Below are positions 53,920 to 64,000 of a stretch of DNA of 64,000 bases, piece after piece; within the stretch, counting starts at the first letter, position 1; the number at the start of each line of letters is the position of its first letter. The stretch spans positions 56,110,001 through 56,174,000 of the forward strand of contig OZ024740.1 of assembly GCA_964016885.1 (NCBI GenBank), read 5' to 3'. The notes under the pieces were generated by a model. That model saw nothing but the letters and a program-made list of their open reading frames with translations. It was not told the origin of the DNA and did no database searches. Made by a program: the position numbers and the translations under genes. This DNA comes from Eledone cirrhosa. Its lineage: Eukaryota.

Positions 53920-56009
53920 ATGGCTACGAAAAGAATTTTCATAGGTCACTCCCACTCATTCCGTCTTCTTCTTCCTCAATCGTCACTACAGCAGAGAGAA
54001 GATTGTCTCTCTCCCTCCCTTCTTTAAATGTGTCTCTCTCCCTCCCTTCTCTTTCGCAAGCGACGACAAAAAAGAAAAGTCTCGTGCAAAGCGTGCAAGA
54101 TTTCTCCACGACGACGACGACAGCGACGAAACAGGTGTGCGGGAAATACGAAAACCCATTTCATTCGTCTGACGTCAGGAATAATAGCAGTAGCAGCCGT
54201 AATAACAACAGCAACAGTGACAATGAAAACAACAGTAGCAGCCGCAACAGCATGAGCAGCAGCATAAAAAACAACAGCATTAGCAGCAGCAGCAACAACA
54301 ACAACCACAGCAACAGCGGCAGCGGCAGTAGTCGTAGTACCTGCAGCAACAACAAAAGTAACAGCAGCTCTGACGACAACAACAACAACAACAACAGCAG
54401 CAAAGAAAAACCAATCTCGTTTGCAGGTATCGCGAAGAACCTGGAAACAATCCTCATAACAAATGAGGAATTGGAGGAAGCGAAGAAGATGGTGACAAAA
54501 ACTGGACACCGAGCAATCTGCAAGGCAGCGGAAAAATGTTTCGAAACCCAACAACACTGTACGGTCACGTACCGTACAGTAAGTACAAAAACCCGTAGGG
54601 TTGAAAGAGCCACAGAGGCTCAAATACAAAAAGCCTTGGGGTCTGTGTGGCAGCGGAAAACGCACATCACCCGAGGCAAGAAATATGCCACCGTAGACGT
54701 ACTTTTTGCCACACCCCAGGAGGCAAAGGCCCAATCCTTAGTGACCCTAAGGAGCGAGGAAATGGTGTTGGTGCCCTCCTACTGCGGGCAAAAAATTGTG
54801 AGAATCAAACTGACCCACGCCCCCCCCCCCCCCCCCCCCCGGATGGCCCCTTCTTGGCTGGCCGCGTCTGTCCTCGTCGAAATCGAGGACAAAACAACTG
54901 TACTGCAAGTACAGAAAAAAGTAAGAGAAGATTGGGTCGGCACCTCCATTGAGATGTTAATCCAAACCAACCAGGAGTGCATCGAAGCTATCCCGGATGT
55001 GATAGACTTCGATAACGGCACTCAACTGCCCATAAGTGTTGAGGGCAAACGCCCGAAATGCTTTCGCTGTGGATCGAAGACTCACCTCAGGGCCTTCTGC
55101 AACGAGAAGACCCTGAGAAAGGAGAAAACCCCCCTCCTTCTGAAACCGGCTCCACGGCTACCAGCAACAGGACAAGCGGCAACCAGGAACGATAGGTCCG
55201 TGGCACCCATACTCACGCCACGGAAATCAAAAACAGCAGCAGCGGGGGAAGTATTAACAACAACATCAATACCAAATGCAGCTGCAACAGAGACTCCAGT
55301 GCAAACATCACCAACAACAACAAGTGAAAGAGTGGAGCTGGTACCCCTCCCCGACCTCACAGAATCAGACATGGAGTGTGAGGTGGGAGAGGGATGGCAA
55401 AAGGTCGTAAGAAGGCACTAACGCAGAAACAGCGCATCGTCGCCTTTGAAAAGGGAGGAAAGAAATGGAAAAAGGGTAAAGTCTACTGCAAAGAGACTCA
55501 CAGCAGCAACACCACCAACACCATCACCACCCACATTAGCACCACCATCACCACCGGCGACAACCCCACCGCCAACAACACCTTCAGCACCACCACCACA
55601 AGCACCAACATCGCAAACACAACAACAAAACACACACACCCAGCAACAACGACAAGAAAAAAGCAGAACCACACCCCACCCCCAGAAAAACAAATGCACG
55701 GCAATAAATACACACAAGAAACTAATGACTTACATAATTGAACACTCAGACATTTCACAACACGACTACATAATACCAGCACCAATCAAAACGCCAAATA
55801 ACATAAGACTGCTAAAAATAGCACAGAAACAATACACAAACATTAAAACGAAATTCCCCAACGCAGTTGGTGATTTCAGAGACCTAGGAGGAACTGTCAA
55901 CCGAAGAGTATATTCGGACATACTCATAGAAGGGCCGACGACCAACCGAAGGGACGATCAAGTGAAAAGGGATGGAAAAACCATCCCTCCTCTACGAAAA
56001 GTACGGTAA
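53920..56009 (+). pseudogene. ORF1 (gag-like, CCHC knuckle) of copy 1, disrupted
   Basis: Matches 59943-62036 but has a 1-nt deletion just after the ATG and TAA at 55419 (AAA in copy 2). Confidence 0.9.
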
Positions 56010-56044
56010 GTGGTCTTTCCCATCTTTTCCACTCTATTTTAAAC

Positions 56045-59000
56045 ATGACCTCACTCAGAATAGGCAGCATAAATGCGCGTGGCTTGGGGTCGTCATGGAA
56101 GCAGGGTCACCTGCTCAACGACCTCAGGTCACTAAACATAGATGTAGTGGCCATCAGTGAGACCAGAATCTCCGAAGCACGGGCCTTCGCACCGATCTTC
56201 GGCGGCTACGATGTGTACGCATCTCCCAGCCGTCCTGGATCGGGGGGAGGAGTTGCTGTGCTTTTTCGGAGAGCTTTGGATCTCGCCATACGGGCCATCT
56301 TCCTGGACCCAGAGGGTAAGTTGATGGTGCTGGACGTGACCAGCGGAGACGGGCAAGCTTTCAGGCTAGTGGCCGTCTATGCCCCGACATGAGCAGGGCG
56401 GCATGATTTCTTCCGGCGTCTGGAGACCTTTCTTGGAACGTCCCGCTCTTTAGTGTTAGTGGGCGACTGGAATGGGATCTTAGATGCACGCTGGGACTGT
56501 GTGGGATTAGCGGATAGGGGTGGAGGGTGCAAGAGCCTCACCAACCTGCTCAGGCGTTTTGAACTGTCTGACAGGTACCGAATGGATTTCCCGAATGTGC
56601 CAATGTGGACTTGGACAAATCGAATAGGGTCATCCAGATCATATCTAGATAGAGTATTTTGTAGGGAAATAGATAGGTCTAGCATAGGCTGTCCACAATT
56701 CAAGATAGTCAGCTACACGGACCACAAATTCGTGATCTGTGTGCTTGACTTAGATAGGCTTCATAGACGAGGACCCGGCTACTGGAAGCTAAACGCGTCC
56801 TTACCAGCGCGGAACGCCTACAGAGACCGGGTTAGCGAACTAGTTAAGCGGGCGTTGACGGGGGCCATCGTCAACAACAAGTGGTGGTTTGCTCTGAAAA
56901 GAGCGATTAGAATAGAATCGATTAGGTTTAGTAAGGCTTTAGCAATAGAGAAAAATAGAGCAGAGGGAGAACTAGTTAGAAAATTAGACGAGGCGCTTAG
57001 CAAAGGCATTGCAACCGACGTGCTTGCGGCGAAATTGGCCCTTGACCAATTCTTCAATGCAAAGCACGAAGGCTGCGTTGTCAGAGCAAGGGTGCGTGCT
57101 CTCAGACACGAGGGGACGAAAGCCGTTCAATGGGCCCGAGTGGCGGAGGCGCGTCGTGGCAACAAAGCCACGATCCGATCTTTGGTGGACCACGACGGGC
57201 GCATGCTACTCGGTCCCGGGCAAATGTGTGAAGCTTTTCAGCGACACTTCGCTCAGCTGTTCGGGGGCAGCCGTGGGCCGGGTCGAGGGATGGACTTTAG
57301 TGTCTACCTCGACGGACTGCCGCGGCTCTCGGCCACTGAGACGAAGTGTTGCGAAAAGCCGATAACAGCCGCTGAAGTAAGGGAGGCAATGACTGGCTGC
57401 ACAAGGGGTAAATCGCCTGGTTTGGATGGTCTGCCCTATGAACTTTACGTACAAATGCCAGACTTGTTCGGAGGCCTCTTGGCGGACGTCTACTGCAACT
57501 GGCAACAGAACGGGAGAATTCCCAGTTATGTGAGCCGATGAGCGGTGGCACTGCTGAGAAAGGATCCGAACAAGGGGGATAACATAGATAATTTCCGGCC
57601 CATAACTCTGCTAAACACAGAGTTCAAGATATTGGCCAAGGTGCTAGCAAAGAGGTTGGTGCTTGTCGTTGGTGGTTTGGTGGGTGAGGCGCAGACATGC
57701 GCCATTCCCGACAGATCCATCCACGACAACCTCCACCTCATGCGATACATCGTAGAGAAGGTAGCTAGGGAACCTGGCACGGGTGGGTCCTTGATCAATT
57801 TAGATCAGTCGAAAGCTTTCGATAGGGTCGACCATCGTTACCTAGCGGCAGTCCTGAGGGCGGCTGGCTTTGGGCCCGTCTTCAGAGGCTGGATCGCTGC
57901 CATGCACAGCGACATCTGCTCTGTGGCGAGAGTGAACGGTCACCTGTCTGAACCGTTCAACATCATGCGCTCGGTCCGCCAAGGATGTCCCCTCTCGTCC
58001 CTCTTGTACGTATTGACTCTCGAGCCATTACTGCACAAACTGGAGACGTTGAGGGGGGTCCCGCGCTAACTAGGATGCGGAAGATCCGTGTCAGCATATG
58101 CGGACGATGTCACCGTAGTGGTGTCGAACGCCAAACACATCGAGGCGATCGGCACTACACTAAGAGAATACGAAGCGGTGACAGGAGCAATGATCAACCA
58201 GGAAAAGTCAGTGGGCCTGCAGCTCGGCACCTGGAGAGGCAGGTCCATGCCGTCCAACAGCATCGTCGGACGCTGGACGGACGGACCGGTTAAATTGCTA
58301 GGGGTCTGGTTCGGTCCGGACCTCCAGACGGACAAAAACTGGGACGAGGTGACGAGCAGGGTGGCTTCTCTCACCCAGAAATGGGCGGAGAGGAAGCTAT
58401 CCCTGAAAGGTCGAGCGGAGGTGGCTAACGCGTACATCGCGTCTGTCATCTGCTACCGCCTGATCGTCGTACCTTGTCCTAAGCCTCGCCTGACTGCGCT
58501 GGAGCGTTTGCTCTTTCGCTTTTTGTGGAAGGGACGCGCTCCGGTGATCCATCTGCTGTCAACACCCGCTACGTGGAGGGCTGGGCATGCCGTGGCTGAT
58601 GATGCGCAGGCACGCGCTCAGGCTACGACATCTCCACCTCTTCCTCGACGGTGATCAGGTGTGGTCGCCGTTTGCTAGACACGTATTTCCCCAGCTCGTT
58701 TCCTTGACGGAGCTACAGTCCTGGGTCAAGCGAAGACCGAGAGGGAGCGCCTGGAGACTGGAATGTCTTCAGGCGCTCACAGCCCTCGACCAATCGGGCA
58801 ATGTGATCGGTGGAAACTCCACCTCGGCGTTCTATAGAGGATTAGTGGAGGGGAAGAGCGACGACGTACTTGGGAAACTCTAGGCGTCGACGAAAATCAA
58901 CTAGCCAATCTCTTCGGAAGAACTTTCGGGCCAGGGCCTATGGACAACTTCCAGAAATCTCTGGCCTGGCAGTGCTACCGAGGAGCCTTGCCAGTTCGGG

Positions 59001-59440
59001 ATAAACTCTACAGGCATGGAGGTGCCGTCAGCCGGGCATGTCCGAGATGCGCGCAGGGCGACGAAACCGTCCTGCACGCACTCGTCCAGTGTCCGAAAAT
59101 TGCTGACTTGTGGGTTTATGTCGAACACCTGCTGTCGCGTGTAGGACGGATCCGGCTATCATCTGAGTCCATCGTGAGGATTGCCCCGCCCTCCTCCTTT
59201 AGCCGGGAAGGGCAGGCAGTTTTTATCTGTCTGGTGGCCATGGCGAAAGAGATGGTATGGTGGACACGTTTGAAAGGGCTGAAGACGAGCACTTACCTCT
59301 TCGGTGATGCTCTGATTGACTTTTTAAAATTTCATTTGAAAAGGAAAATCAGAGTAGAGAGGGAAGTGCTCTCTTCCCAGCATTTTGTTGAAAGATGGGT
59401 GAGAGAAGCAAGAATGGCCCGAGTGAATGGCCTACTCTGA
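56045..59440 (+). pseudogene. ORF2 (APE endonuclease, RT, C-terminal Cys/His) of copy 1, disrupted
   Basis: SINARGL, SETR, GDWN, SYLDRV, TDH, KSPGLDG, FRPITLLN, DQSKAFDRV, RQGCPLS, YADD, CPRC..ETVLH. Stops at 56390, 57539 and 58067, and frameshifts near 58545 and 58880. Confidence 0.93.
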
Positions 59441-59942
59441 GTATATATCTGTAAATTAAAGGTGGAAAACTGGGAGAGGGCACTTACCTTGGTGGTCAGG
59501 GTCACTGTGGCCTTTTACTGGGCTTTCTCCACAAATGTCCCTCCGAAGTCTCCCCCCTATTGGGGAATTTTTCATTGTTATTTTTTTGTTACATCTTCTG
59601 TTTTTGTTTTTTACACGCAGAAATGCCCATTTGTACCGTACTGTATTGTCCTGCATTGTCCTTAATGTCTACTTTATGTAAACCCTTGTGGTTAATAAAG
59701 AAATCATTATTATTATTATTATTATTATTGAATGCCATGGTTGACGGAGGCTCGGCTCTGTAAGGTATAGTAATTTTTAACCGTTAAAACAATTGTAAAT
59801 TGTTTAAAACTTGAACCAAATTGTTGATAAAGACACCCTCCTCCTCGTGAGAGGGGTCTTTCTGTCCGTTATTTGGCCCTTCGGGGTTAAATAACCAGTT
59901 ATTGGGGTTTTGTACCCAAAATTTCATTTTAAACAAAAAAAC

Positions 59943-62036
59943 ATGGCTACGAAAAAGAAATTTCATACGTCACTCCCACTCATTCCGTCTTCTTCTTCCT
60001 CAATCATCACTACAGCAGAGAGAAGATTGTCTCTCTCCCTCCCTTCTTTAAATGTGTCTCTCTCCCTCCCTTCTCTTTCGCAAGTGACGAAAGAAAAGAA
60101 AAGTCTCGTGCAAAGCGTGCAAGGTTTCTCCACGACGACGACAGCGACGAAACAGGTGTGCGGGAAATACGAAAACCCAGTTCATTCGTCTGACGTCAGG
60201 AATAATAGCAGTAGCAGCCGTAATAACAACAGCAACAGTGACAATGAAAACAACAGTAGCAGCCGCAACAGCATCACCAGCAGCATAAACAACAACAGCA
60301 TTAGCAGCAGCAACACCAACAACAACCACAGCAACAGCGGCGGAGGCAGTAGTCGTAGTACCTGCAGCAACAACAAAAGTACCAGCAGCTCTGACGACAA
60401 CAACAACAGCAGAGAAAAACCAATCTCATTTGCAGGTATTGCGAAAAACCTGGAAACAATCCTCATAACAAATGAGGAATTAGAGGAAGCGAAGAAGATG
60501 GTGACAAAGAACGGACACCGAGCAATCTGCAAGGCAGCGGAAAAATTTTTCGAAACCCAAGAGCACTGTACGGTCACGTACCGTACAGTAAGTACAAAAT
60601 CCCGTAGGGTGGAAAGAGCCACAGAGGCCCAAATACAAAAAGCCTTGGGGTCTGTGTGGCAGCGGAAAACGCACATCACCCGAGGCAAAAAATATGCCAC
60701 CGTAGACGTACTTTTTGCCACACCCCAGGAGGCAAAGGCCCAATCAGTAGTGACCCTAAGGAGCGAGGAAATGGTGTTGGTGCCCTCCTACTGCGGGCAA
60801 AAAATTGTGAGGGTCAAACTGACACACGTCCCCCCCGGAATGACCCCTTCTTGGCTGGCCGCGTCTGTCCTCGTCGGAATCGAGGACAAAACAACTGTAC
60901 TGCAAGTACAGAAAAAAGTAAGAGAAGATTGGGTCGGCTCCTCCATTGAGATGCTAATCCAAACCAACCAGGAGTGCATCGAAGCTATCCCGGATGTGAT
61001 AGACTTCGATAACGGCACTCAACTGCCCATAAGTGTTGAGGGCAAACGCCCGAAATGCTTTCGCTGTGGATCGAAGACTCACCTCAGGGCCTTCTGCAAC
61101 GAGAAGACCCTGAGAAAGGAGAAAACCCCCCTCCTTCCGAATCCGGCTCCACGGCTACCAGCAACAGGACAAGCGGCAACCAGGAACGATAGGTCCGTGG
61201 CACCCATACCCACTCCACGGAAATCAAAAACAGCAGCAGCAGTGGAAATATTAACAACAACAACAGCAATACCAAATGCAGCTGCAACAGAGACTCCAGT
61301 GCAAACATCACCAACAACAACAAGTGAAAGAGTGGAGCTGGTACCCCTCCCCGACCTCACAGAATCAGACATGGAGTGTGAGGTGGGAGAGGGATGGCAA
61401 AAGGTCGCAAGAAGGCACAAACGCAGAAGCAGCGCATCGTCGCCTTTGAAAAGGGAGGAAAGAAATGAGAAAAGGGTAAAGTCTACTGCAAAGAGACCCA
61501 CAGCAGCAACACCACCAACACCATCACCACCCACACCAGCACCACCATCAGCACCGGCGACAACCCCACCGCCAACAACACCTTCAACACCACCACCACA
61601 AGCACCAACATCGCAAACACAACAACAAAACACACACACCCAGCAACAACGACAAGAAAATAGTAGAACCACACCCCACCCCCAGAAAAACAAATGCACG
61701 GCAATAAATACACACAACAAGAAACTAATGACTTACATAATTGAACACACAGACATTTCACAACAGGACTACATAATACCAGCACCAATCAAAACGCCAA
61801 CTAACATAAGACTGCTAAAAATAGCACAGAAACAATACACAAATATTAAAACGAAATTCCCCAACGCAGTTGGTGATTTCAGGGACCTAGGAGGAACCAT
61901 CAATCGAAGAGTATACTCAGACATTCTCTTAGAAGAGCCGACGACCAGCCGAAGGGACGATTCAACGGTCCCTTCACCAGACGATCAAGTGAAAAGGGAT
62001 GTAAAAACCATCCCTCCTCTACCAAAAGTACGGTAA
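59943..62036 (+). CDS. Tx1-like ORF1 protein (697 aa) with S/N-rich N-terminus, CX2CX4HX4C zinc knuckle and P/T-rich tail
   Basis: Uninterrupted ORF from ATG 59943; contains CFRCGSKTHLRAFC. Confidence 0.88.
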   Translation: MATKKKFHTSLPLIPSSSSSIITTAERRLSLSLPSLNVSLSLPSLSQVTKEKKSLVQSVQGFSTTTTATKQVCGKYENPVHSSDVRNNSSSSRNNNSNSDNENNSSSRNSITSSINNNSISSSNTNNNHSNSGGGSSRSTCSNNKSTSSSDDNNNSREKPISFAGIAKNLETILITNEELEEAKKMVTKNGHRAICKAAEKFFETQEHCTVTYRTVSTKSRRVERATEAQIQKALGSVWQRKTHITRGKKYATVDVLFATPQEAKAQSVVTLRSEEMVLVPSYCGQKIVRVKLTHVPPGMTPSWLAASVLVGIEDKTTVLQVQKKVREDWVGSSIEMLIQTNQECIEAIPDVIDFDNGTQLPISVEGKRPKCFRCGSKTHLRAFCNEKTLRKEKTPLLPNPAPRLPATGQAATRNDRSVAPIPTPRKSKTAAAVEILTTTTAIPNAAATETPVQTSPTTTSERVELVPLPDLTESDMECEVGEGWQKVARRHKRRSSASSPLKREERNEKRVKSTAKRPTAATPPTPSPPTPAPPSAPATTPPPTTPSTPPPQAPTSQTQQQNTHTQQQRQENSRTTPHPQKNKCTAINTHNKKLMTYIIEHTDISQQDYIIPAPIKTPTNIRLLKIAQKQYTNIKTKFPNAVGDFRDLGGTINRRVYSDILLEEPTTSRRDDSTVPSPDDQVKRDVKTIPPLPKVR

Positions 62037-62071
62037 GTGGTCTTTCCCATCTTTTCCACTCTATTTTAAAT

Positions 62072-64000
62072 ATGACCTCACTCAGAATAGGCAGCATAAA
62101 TGCGCGTGGCTTGGGGTCGTCATGGAAGCAGGGTCACCTGCTCAACGACCTCAGGTCACTAAACATAGATGTAGTGGCCATCAGCGAGACCAGAATCTCC
62201 GAAGCACGGGCCTTCGCACCGATCTTCGGCGGCTACGATGTGTACGCATCTCCCAGCCGTCCTGGATCCGGTGGAGGAGTTGCTGTACTTTTTCGGAGAG
62301 GTTTGGATCTCGCCATACGGGCCATCTTCCTGGACCCAGAGGGTAAGCTGGTGGTGCTGGACGTGACCAGCGGAGACGGGCAAGCTTTCAGGCTAGTGGC
62401 CGTCTATGCCCCGACAGGAGCAGGGCGGCCTGATTTCTTCCGGCGTCTGGAGACCTTTCTTGGAACGTCGCGCTCTTTAGTGTTAGTGGGCGACTGGAAC
62501 GGGATCTTAGATGCACGCTGGGACTGTGTGGGATTAGCGGATAGGGGTGGAGGGTGCAAGAGCCTCACCAACCTGCTCAGGCGTTTTGAACTGTCTGACA
62601 GGTACCGATTGGATTTCCCGAATGTGCCAATGTGGACTTGGACAAACCGCATAGGGTCATCCAGATCATATCTAGATAGAGTATTTTGTAGGGAAATAGA
62701 TAGGTCTAGCATAGGCTGTCCACAATTCAAGATAGTCAGCTACACGGACCACAAATTCGTGATCTGTGTGCTTGACTTAGATAGGCTTCATAGACGAGGA
62801 CCCGGCTACTGGAAGCTAAACGCGTCCTTACCAGCGCGCAAGGCCTACAGAGACCGGATTAGCGAACTAGTTAAGCGGGCGTTGACGGGGGCCATCGTCA
62901 ACAACAAGTGGTGGTTTGCTCTGAAAAGAGCGATTAGAATAGAATCGATTAGATTTAGTAAGGCTTTAGCAATAGAGAAAAATAGAGCAGAGGGAGAACT
63001 AGTTAGAAAATTAGACGAGGCGCTTAGCAAAGGCATTGCGACCGACGTGCTTGCGGCGAAATTGGCCCTTGACCAATTCTTCAATGCAAAGCACGAAGGC
63101 TGCGTTGTCAGAGCAAGGGTGCGTGCTCTCAGACACGAGGGGACGAAAGCCGTTCAATGGGCCCGAGTGGCGGAGGCGCGTCGTGGCAACAAAGCCACGA
63201 TCCGGTCTTTGGTGGACCACGACGGGCGCATGCTACTCGATCCCGGGCAAATGTGTGAAGCTTTTCAGCGACACTTCGCTCAGCTGTTCGGGGGCAGCGG
63301 CGGGCCGGGTAGAGGGATGGACTTTAGTGTCTACCTCGACGGACTGCCGCGGCTCTCGGCCACTGAGGCGAAGTGTTGCGAAAAGCCGATAACAGCCGCT
63401 GAAGTAAGGGAGGCAATGACTGGCTGCACAAGGGGTAAATCGCCTGGTTTGGATGGTCTGCCCTATGAACTTTACGTACAGATGCCAGACTTGTTCGGAG
63501 GCCTCTTGGCGGACGTCTACTGCAACTGGCAACAGAACGGGAGAATTCCCAGTTCTGTGAGCCGAGGAGCGGTGGCACTGCTGAGAAAGGATCCGAACAA
63601 GGGGGATAACATAGAAAATTTCCGGCCCATAACTCTGCTAAACACAGAGTTTAAGATTTTGGCCAAGGTGCTAGCAAAGAGGCTGGCGCTTGTCGTTGGT
63701 GGTCTGGTGGGAGAGGCGCAGACATGCGCCATTCCCGACAGATCCATCCACGACAACCTCCACCTCATGCGATACATCGTAGAGAGGGTAGCTAGGGAAC
63801 CTGGCACGGGTGGGTCCTTGATCAATTTAGATCAGTCGAAAGCTTTCGATAGGGTCGACCATCGTTACCTAGCGGCAGTCCTGAGGGCGGCTGGCTTTGG
63901 GCCCGTCTTCAGAGGCTGGATCGCTGCCATGCACAGCGACATCTGCTCTGTGGTGAGAGTGAACGGTCACCTGTCGGAACCGTTCAACATCATGCGCTCG
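62072..64000 (+). CDS. Tx1-like ORF2 (APE endonuclease plus RT), open to the window end (partial)
   Basis: MTSLRIGSINARGLG... is colinear with copy 1 and has GGA where copy 1 has TGA (two sites). It is absent from the ORF track, consistent with no stop before 64000. Confidence 0.87.
   Translation, partial: MTSLRIGSINARGLGSSWKQGHLLNDLRSLNIDVVAISETRISEARAFAPIFGGYDVYASPSRPGSGGGVAVLFRRGLDLAIRAIFLDPEGKLVVLDVTSGDGQAFRLVAVYAPTGAGRPDFFRRLETFLGTSRSLVLVGDWNGILDARWDCVGLADRGGGCKSLTNLLRRFELSDRYRLDFPNVPMWTWTNRIGSSRSYLDRVFCREIDRSSIGCPQFKIVSYTDHKFVICVLDLDRLHRRGPGYWKLNASLPARKAYRDRISELVKRALTGAIVNNKWWFALKRAIRIESIRFSKALAIEKNRAEGELVRKLDEALSKGIATDVLAAKLALDQFFNAKHEGCVVRARVRALRHEGTKAVQWARVAEARRGNKATIRSLVDHDGRMLLDPGQMCEAFQRHFAQLFGGSGGPGRGMDFSVYLDGLPRLSATEAKCCEKPITAAEVREAMTGCTRGKSPGLDGLPYELYVQMPDLFGGLLADVYCNWQQNGRIPSSVSRGAVALLRKDPNKGDNIENFRPITLLNTEFKILAKVLAKRLALVVGGLVGEAQTCAIPDRSIHDNLHLMRYIVERVAREPGTGGSLINLDQSKAFDRVDHRYLAAVLRAAGFGPVFRGWIAAMHSDICSVVRVNGHLSEPFNIMRS

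Larger units (their letters stand above)
53706..59705 (+). mobile_element. Full-length Tx1-clade LINE, family A copy 1 (disrupted)
   Basis: Starts gaatgctatggttgacgg directly after (TTA)n and ends aataaagaaatc plus (ATT)n. Contains ORF1 and an APE-RT ORF2. Confidence 0.95.
59730..64000 (+). mobile_element. Tx1-clade LINE, family A copy 2, head-to-tail with copy 1; runs off the window
   Basis: Starts gaatgccatggttgacgg after (ATT)n, 6024 bp after the start of copy 1. Confidence 0.95.

Noticed and set aside
54820-54840. Poly-proline insertion in ORF1 copy 1 and other long C/G homopolymers (19863-19895, 34428-34442, 53338-53351)
   Set aside because: Homopolymer slippage or sequencing error. 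Copy 2 has a short tract at the same site.
56390-57541. In-frame TGA codons in Tx1 ORF2 as possible selenocysteine or readthrough recoding
   Set aside because: Copy 2 has GGA (Gly) at both positions, and copy 1 also has TAA stops and frameshifts, so this is ordinary decay or sequence error.
54024-63825. Numerous antisense ORFs over the Tx1 copies
   Set aside because: Shadow frames of GC-rich or low-complexity coding sequence with no independent motifs.

Overview
Eukaryotic, AT-rich DNA made almost entirely of transposons, SINEs and microsatellites. The SINE families and microsatellite load suggest an octopus or other coleoid cephalopod (inference). No host protein-coding gene could be supported. 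Contents from start to end: a Penelope-like retroelement in an inverted-repeat structure with hammerhead-ribozyme motifs (1-5678); several CRE-like RLE retrotransposon remnants; a mariner remnant with a foldback duplication; a full-length but dead IR/DR Tc1 element (13614-15217); a non-autonomous Helitron (18992-20070); a Chapaev3-like DNA transposon (37782-39531); many tRNA-like SINEs; RTE tails; and a cluster of Tx1/L1-clade LINEs. The most notable structure is 47.5-64 kb, a chain of non-LTR elements (old Tx1, two Dong/R4 copies, two tandem young Tx1 copies) joined at (TTA)n tracts. Sister Tx1 copies at 32.5-42.7 kb are instead tied to (TATC)n, suggesting diverged microsatellite targeting. 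The last Tx1 copy has an intact ORF1, and its ORF2 shows no stop up to the window edge.
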